Positions 59,096 to 64,000 of a stretch of DNA of 64,000 nucleotides are shown here, piece by piece. The DNA comes from an uncultured Candidatus Entotheonella sp. (GTDB taxonomy: Bacteria; Tectomicrobia; Entotheonellia; Entotheonellales; Entotheonellaceae). How positions within the stretch are numbered: the stretch's first letter is position 1; the number at the start of each line of letters is the position of its first letter. Where the stretch lies: contig OZ244252.1 in NCBI GenBank assembly GCA_965217185.1, forward strand, positions 544,001 through 608,000. Reading direction: 5' to 3'. Under the pieces are notes generated by a model, which saw only the letters and a program-made list of their open reading frames with translations, did no database searches and was not told the origin of the DNA. A program made the position numbers and the translations under genes.

Positions 59096-59184
59096 GGCGC
59101 TGGTGCTAGAATGCGCGTTATGATCCGCAAATCACACACTCAGAGACCATTTCCCGGGCTGTCCTGCCCCGTTGGGTCACCGTA

Positions 59185-60468
59185 ATGCGCCGCAGGATGG
59201 CTACCGCTTTAGCGATTGTGCTTGTTGTTGGAGCCGCCGTTCTCGCATACACCTATCTGTCACCTACTCCCACAGCCGACAGTCCCGCCGCTGCCCAGCA
59301 GCCTCCGGCCGTCAAACCGTTTCCTGTCCAGACCGTCATCGCCCGACGCGGCACCCTGATCCAGTCCATTGCGGCCACGGGCGACATCCTGGCGGAGGCG
59401 CGCGTCGAGGTGTTTCCGCAAATCGCCGGGCATCTTGAGGAGTTGAGTGTCGAGGAGGGTGATCCGGTGCGTGCCGGCCAGATGATCGCCCGTATTGCCA
59501 ATGCCGAGTATCAGGCTCGAGTGGCCCGGGCTGCCGCGGAGGTTGACGCGCTACAGGCGGAGTGGGCGCAGATGCAGTCCGGCGCGCTGCCGGAGGAAAT
59601 CGCCCAGGCGGTCGATGCGGTCGAACACAGCCGCGCCGAATTGGCCAACGCCGAGGGATTCGCCGAACGCACGCGCGGCATGGTCGAGCGCGGCCTGCAA
59701 CCCACCCAGGAACTTGAGGACGCCACACGCCGGCTGCGCCAGGCGGGTGCCATGCACAACAGCGCCAGCCAGCGCCTGCAATTGCTCCGCACCGGGGCGC
59801 GCAGCGAAGCCCGCCAAGCCCTGCAAGCCCGCATTCGTGCCGCGCAGGCCGAGCATGAGCTGGCAACCATCGAACTGCAGCACACCGTCATTACCTCTCC
59901 CATGGACGGCATCGTCAGCCACCGCCACGTCGACACCGGCGCCTACGTGACGACAACCGAACCGCCCGTCGTGACCATCGAAGCGATGCAGACCGTGAAG
60001 ATTGAGATGCCCATTAGCGAGCGGGATATCGTGGCCGTGCGTCCGGGCCATAAGGCGCTGATTCAAGTGGATGCGTACGCCGACGAGCCGTTTCCGGGCA
60101 CGGTGCGGCGCCTCGGCCCGACCGTCGATCTGAGCAGCCGCAGCGGCGAGGTGGAGATCGTCCTGGCGAATCCCGACTATCGCCTCAAGCCGGGGATGTT
60201 TGCGAAGGTGACGTTGATCCTGGCCGAACGCGAGGATGTCGTGATCGTCCCGCGTGATGCCTTGCGGCCGGCCGGGGCCGAGACGGCGGTGTTTGTCGTT
60301 CGGGACGGCATGGCGTATCGACAGCCGGTCAGTACGGGCCTGATGAACGATACGCTGGTGGAGATTCGCGACGGCTTGGCGGCGGGGGACGAGGTAGTGC
60401 TGTCCGGGCACAACAGCCTGTATGATCAGGCGCCGGTTAACGTCGTGCAGTCGCAGGAACAGGGCTGA
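59185..60468 (+). CDS. RND efflux periplasmic adaptor (MFP)
   Basis: N-terminal TM, VEEGDPVRAGQ, long coiled coil, SPMDG, LKPGMF. Confidence 0.93.
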   Translation: MRRRMATALAIVLVVGAAVLAYTYLSPTPTADSPAAAQQPPAVKPFPVQTVIARRGTLIQSIAATGDILAEARVEVFPQIAGHLEELSVEEGDPVRAGQMIARIANAEYQARVARAAAEVDALQAEWAQMQSGALPEEIAQAVDAVEHSRAELANAEGFAERTRGMVERGLQPTQELEDATRRLRQAGAMHNSASQRLQLLRTGARSEARQALQARIRAAQAEHELATIELQHTVITSPMDGIVSHRHVDTGAYVTTTEPPVVTIEAMQTVKIEMPISERDIVAVRPGHKALIQVDAYADEPFPGTVRRLGPTVDLSSRSGEVEIVLANPDYRLKPGMFAKVTLILAEREDVVIVPRDALRPAGAETAVFVVRDGMAYRQPVSTGLMNDTLVEIRDGLAAGDEVVLSGHNSLYDQAPVNVVQSQEQG

Positions 60469-60497
60469 CGAACTGCTGAGCAGGGAGGGGACGAGGC

Positions 60498-63400
60498 ATG
60501 AAACTTTCCGCGCTTGCCGTGGCGCGACCGGTTACCACCGGGATGTTCTTCCTGGCCGTGCTGGTGCTCGGCCTCATCTCGTTCTCGCGCCTGGCGGTCG
60601 ATCAACTCCCCGACATCATGCGACCCTCGGTAACGGTGACCACGACTTATGAGGGCGCCGCGCCAGACATCGTGGAACGCCAAGTCACCAACCCGCTGGA
60701 AAAGGTGCTGGCGACCATTAACAACGTCAAGTCCGTGCGCTCCTCATCCAGCGAGGACAGCTCGAAAATCACCCTCGACTTCAACTGGGACACCGACGTC
60801 GACCTGGCGGCCCTGGAGGTGCGCGAAAAGGTCAACGATACCCTGCGCCTCCTGCCCGAAGAGATCGACCCGCCCCGCATCAGCAAATTCGACCCTTCCA
60901 GTTGGCACATCATCTACCTCAATCTCACGGCCGGCGGCGCTTTGGATCCGATCGCCCTCCGGCACTACGCGGAAACGACGCTGCTGTACCAGCTTCAGCA
61001 AATCGCCGGGGTGGCGTCCGTGGATATCTGGGGCGGCGACCAACGCGAGATTCAGGTGCTGATCGACCGCAACCGCTTGGCCGCCACGGGTATTCCCCTG
61101 CAACGCGTCGTCGAGGTGGTGGGCGCCGAGAACGTCACCAAGGTCGGCGGGCATCTGGAGAGCGGGCGCACCGATTACGTGGTGCGGCCGCTGGGCGAAT
61201 TCGAGCGGGTAGAGGATATCCGCGACGTCATCCTGAGCCACGACGGTGCCTCGCCGGTGTATCTCAAGGATGTCGCCGAGGTGCACGATGGGATGAAGGA
61301 GCGCCTCACGAGCACCCGGGTCAATCGCATCCCCGGGCTCGTCATGGCGATCCGCAAGCAGTCGGGCACCAACACGGTGGAGGTGTCGGACCTCATCCAG
61401 GGGCGCCTGCCCGTCCTTCGGCAGCAGTTGCCGCCGACCATGCAGTTGCACCTGCTGTTCGACCGCGCCGCTTTCATCCGGCGCTCCATCGCCCAAGTGG
61501 AGAGAAGCGCGATCATCGGCGCCTGCATCGCCGTCGTCATCCTGCTGATGTTCCTGCGCAGCCTGCGCCCCACGATCATCATTGCCTTCGCCATTCCGCT
61601 GGCGGTGGTGGCGACGTTCATCCTGCTCTACCAGGTCGACATCAGCCTCAACTGGATGTCGCTGGGCGGCCTGGCCCTGGGCATCGGCATGGTGGTGGAC
61701 AATTCCGTCGTGGTGCTGGAGAACATCTTTCGCCACCGTCAGCAGGGCACGGACCGCCGCGAGGCCGCGGTGGTGGGGAGCCGCGAGGTCGGCATGGCGA
61801 TCATCGCGTCGACCCTGACGACGCTGTGCGTGTTTTTCCCGCTCGTTTTCATGCAGGGCATGATGGGCATCGTGTTCCAGGAACTCGCCCTGACGGTGGC
61901 CTTCGCCCTGGTGACGTCATTGCTCGTGGCGCTGACGCTGGTGCCGATGCTGTGCGCCAAGTGGCTGACCCGCCCGCTGCGGGAAGGCCCGCCGGAGGGG
62001 GCGACTTATGGCCTGGACGTGGCGTGGCGTTCGGTGCTCGTAGCCATCGAGCGCGCCTACGGTGCGACGTTGCATGTCGCGCTGCGTCACCGGCCGACCG
62101 TGCTCGTCCTGTGCGCCTGCGTCCTGGGCGGCACCTGGACGCTTTATTCCGGCCTGGGCTCGGAACTGCTGCCGTCGGTGGACGAAGGCATGATGTATAT
62201 CCGCCTTGAAATGCCGGTGGGTACCAAGCTGGACATTACCGACGACATCATGGCCGACATCGAGACCAAGGTGTACAACGAGGCGCCCGACGTGCAGGCG
62301 ATGTTCGTGCGCTCCGGCCTGGGGTTCCGGGGCGGCGGCGGCACCCACACCGGTTTTCTGTGGGCGCGCCTGATCGACCGCTCGCAGCGCCAGGAATCAT
62401 TGAAGGATGTCTTGGCGGTGCTGGAGGAGCAGTTGTCGAATTACCCCGACGGCAAGGTGCGGATCATGGAGCGTCCCTCCGACGTCGCCCGCCTCCTCGG
62501 CTCGGGGCGTTCGGAGCGCTTGGAGGTTGACGTGTACGGCTTTGACCTCGGGCGTGGCCGTGCCCTGGCGCAACAACTGGCCGACAAGATCGAGGCCGTT
62601 GAGGGCGTTTCCTACGTGCGCCTGAACATCGACGACAGCCGCCCGGAGATGCAGATCAGCATCGACCGTCAAAAGGCGGCGGCGCTGCAGATCAGCACCC
62701 ACGCCATCTTGCAGGCCATCGAAACTGGCATCGCCGGCACAATAGCCTCCAAATACCGCGAGGGCCGCCACGAATACGACATCCGGGTGCGTCTGCGCCC
62801 CGAGGACCGTCAGGAACTGGCTGACTTGGAACGAATCTTCGTCGCTACGCCCGGCGGCCAGCAGGTGCCGCTGCGCAACCTGACGGCGACGCGGGCGGAC
62901 AAGGGGCCGGTGGTTATTGAGCGGCGCAACCAGGAACGGGCGGTGACGATCCAGGCGGGCATGACGGGCACGCGCGACTTTGGCAGCCTGGCCACCGAGA
63001 TCGAGGAACTCCTCGCGGCTACGGCCGTCCCGGAAGGATTTTACGTGAAGATGGGTGGTGAGCGGGAGGAACAGCGCGAGGCCAACCGCAATGTGAACCT
63101 GATCGTCGTGCTGGCGGTTCTGCTGGTCTACATGATCATGGCGGCGCTGTTCGAGTCGCTCCTGCACCCGTTCGTCATTCTGCTGGCCATTCCGTTCGCC
63201 GCGGTCGGCGGCATCCTGACGCTGTGGCTGACCGGCACCAACGTCAGCATGCCGGTATGGATCGGCGGCATCATGCTGGTGGGTGTCGCGGTCAACAACG
63301 GTATCATCATGGTCGATTACACCAACCAACTGCGGCAGCGTGGCTTCGACGTCATGGAAGCCACCTGGCGGGGGGCCGTCACGCGCTTGCGCCCGGTGCT

Positions 63401-63629
63401 GATCACCACGCTCACTACCGCCCTGGCCCTGCTGCCCCTGGCTATCGGCTTCGGCGAAGGCGGCGAAATCTGGGCGCCCCTGGGCCGCGTCGTCGTCGGC
63501 GGGCTGTCCGTCGCCGCGCTGTTCACCCTGTTTCTCGTTCCCACCCTGTACAGCCTCATCGAGGAGCGCCGCGCTCGTCGTCTTGCTGCCCAAACTGCGG
63601 ATGATCCCGAGGTTGCCTTGGCAGATTGA
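60498..63629 (+). CDS. RND efflux permease (AcrB/AcrD/AcrF family)
   Basis: 1043 aa; GMVVDNSVVVLENI, ASTLTT, VNNGI, RLRPVLITT. Confidence 0.96.
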   Translation: MKLSALAVARPVTTGMFFLAVLVLGLISFSRLAVDQLPDIMRPSVTVTTTYEGAAPDIVERQVTNPLEKVLATINNVKSVRSSSSEDSSKITLDFNWDTDVDLAALEVREKVNDTLRLLPEEIDPPRISKFDPSSWHIIYLNLTAGGALDPIALRHYAETTLLYQLQQIAGVASVDIWGGDQREIQVLIDRNRLAATGIPLQRVVEVVGAENVTKVGGHLESGRTDYVVRPLGEFERVEDIRDVILSHDGASPVYLKDVAEVHDGMKERLTSTRVNRIPGLVMAIRKQSGTNTVEVSDLIQGRLPVLRQQLPPTMQLHLLFDRAAFIRRSIAQVERSAIIGACIAVVILLMFLRSLRPTIIIAFAIPLAVVATFILLYQVDISLNWMSLGGLALGIGMVVDNSVVVLENIFRHRQQGTDRREAAVVGSREVGMAIIASTLTTLCVFFPLVFMQGMMGIVFQELALTVAFALVTSLLVALTLVPMLCAKWLTRPLREGPPEGATYGLDVAWRSVLVAIERAYGATLHVALRHRPTVLVLCACVLGGTWTLYSGLGSELLPSVDEGMMYIRLEMPVGTKLDITDDIMADIETKVYNEAPDVQAMFVRSGLGFRGGGGTHTGFLWARLIDRSQRQESLKDVLAVLEEQLSNYPDGKVRIMERPSDVARLLGSGRSERLEVDVYGFDLGRGRALAQQLADKIEAVEGVSYVRLNIDDSRPEMQISIDRQKAAALQISTHAILQAIETGIAGTIASKYREGRHEYDIRVRLRPEDRQELADLERIFVATPGGQQVPLRNLTATRADKGPVVIERRNQERAVTIQAGMTGTRDFGSLATEIEELLAATAVPEGFYVKMGGEREEQREANRNVNLIVVLAVLLVYMIMAALFESLLHPFVILLAIPFAAVGGILTLWLTGTNVSMPVWIGGIMLVGVAVNNGIIMVDYTNQLRQRGFDVMEATWRGAVTRLRPVLITTLTTALALLPLAIGFGEGGEIWAPLGRVVVGGLSVAALFTLFLVPTLYSLIEERRARRLAAQTADDPEVALAD

Positions 63630-63645
63630 GGGTCTGGAGGCTTCT

Positions 63646-64000
63646 TTGACGATTTATTACTTGGAGATGACCGCTCCGGCGCAGTTGCTGCCGTCGCCTC
63701 GGGTGGTGGAGGCTTTTGAGATTAAACGGTCGCAGATACCGTATGGTGCTGTGAATCGTTTCTTTTACCAGACCGTCGGGGCGGCTTGGCAATGGACGGA
63801 CCGCTTGCCCTGGACGGATGAAGACTGGCAAGCCTATGCCGAGCGTCCGGGACTGGAGACGTGGATCGGCTACGTGCAGGGAACCCCGGCAGGGTACTTT
63901 GAATTGGCGCATCAGGATGCGGCCCAAGTGGAGATAGCGATGTTTGGCTTGCTGCCGCCTTTTATCGGGCGCGGCGTGGGTGGCGTTCTATTGACAGCCG
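63646..64000 (+). CDS. GNAT family N-acetyltransferase (runs off the window; C-terminus missing)
   Basis: Not in the ORF track. TTG start after GGAGG; manual translation gives TIYYLEM...FFYQTVG..WQWTDR...PAGYFEL...FGLLPPFIGRGVGG (acetyl-CoA motif A). Confidence 0.85.
   Translation, partial: MTIYYLEMTAPAQLLPSPRVVEAFEIKRSQIPYGAVNRFFYQTVGAAWQWTDRLPWTDEDWQAYAERPGLETWIGYVQGTPAGYFELAHQDAAQVEIAMFGLLPPFIGRGVGGVLLTA

Overview
GC-rich DNA from a diderm (Gram-negative) bacterium, shown by TolC, a porin-like beta-barrel protein and a meso-DAP-type MurE. The gene content (F420-type LLM oxidoreductase, signal-less DUF1501, Uma2, group-3 Mrp, PQQ dehydrogenase) resembles Tectomicrobia/deltaproteobacteria-like organisms, but this is a low-confidence inference. 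1-21 kb: a minus-strand division/cell-wall (dcw) cluster from mraZ to ftsZ, followed by pgeF-yggS-proC-yggU-mtnA. It lacks murD and ddl, and murC contains a sharply AT-rich patch. 21-25 kb: RNase P RNA, cytochrome c, tsaD, ctpA. 25-31 kb: an envelope island (porin with a long structured leader, an unknown secreted protein, and a FlgT/CsgG-like plus FG-GAP protein) punctuated by GTAG-type REP palindromes. 31-42 kb: catabolic genes, including a co-oriented run of PQQ dehydrogenase, MxaJ/XoxJ-like protein, F420-type LLM oxidoreductase and haloalkane dehalogenase. The PQQ enzyme carries the lanthanide-type Asp-x-Asp motif, an unusual Asn-to-Gln change at a metal ligand, an acidic N-terminal tail, and a candidate three-way-junction RNA in its 5' leader; this is the best candidate for an undescribed system. 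42-64 kb: tolC, uvrA, truA, an 11-gene Mrp antiporter operon, Uma2, class III CoA-transferase, MFS, SDR, an RND pump and a partial GNAT. No CRISPR array, tRNA, rRNA or transposase was recognised. All assignments come from manual motif recognition; no database searches were run.
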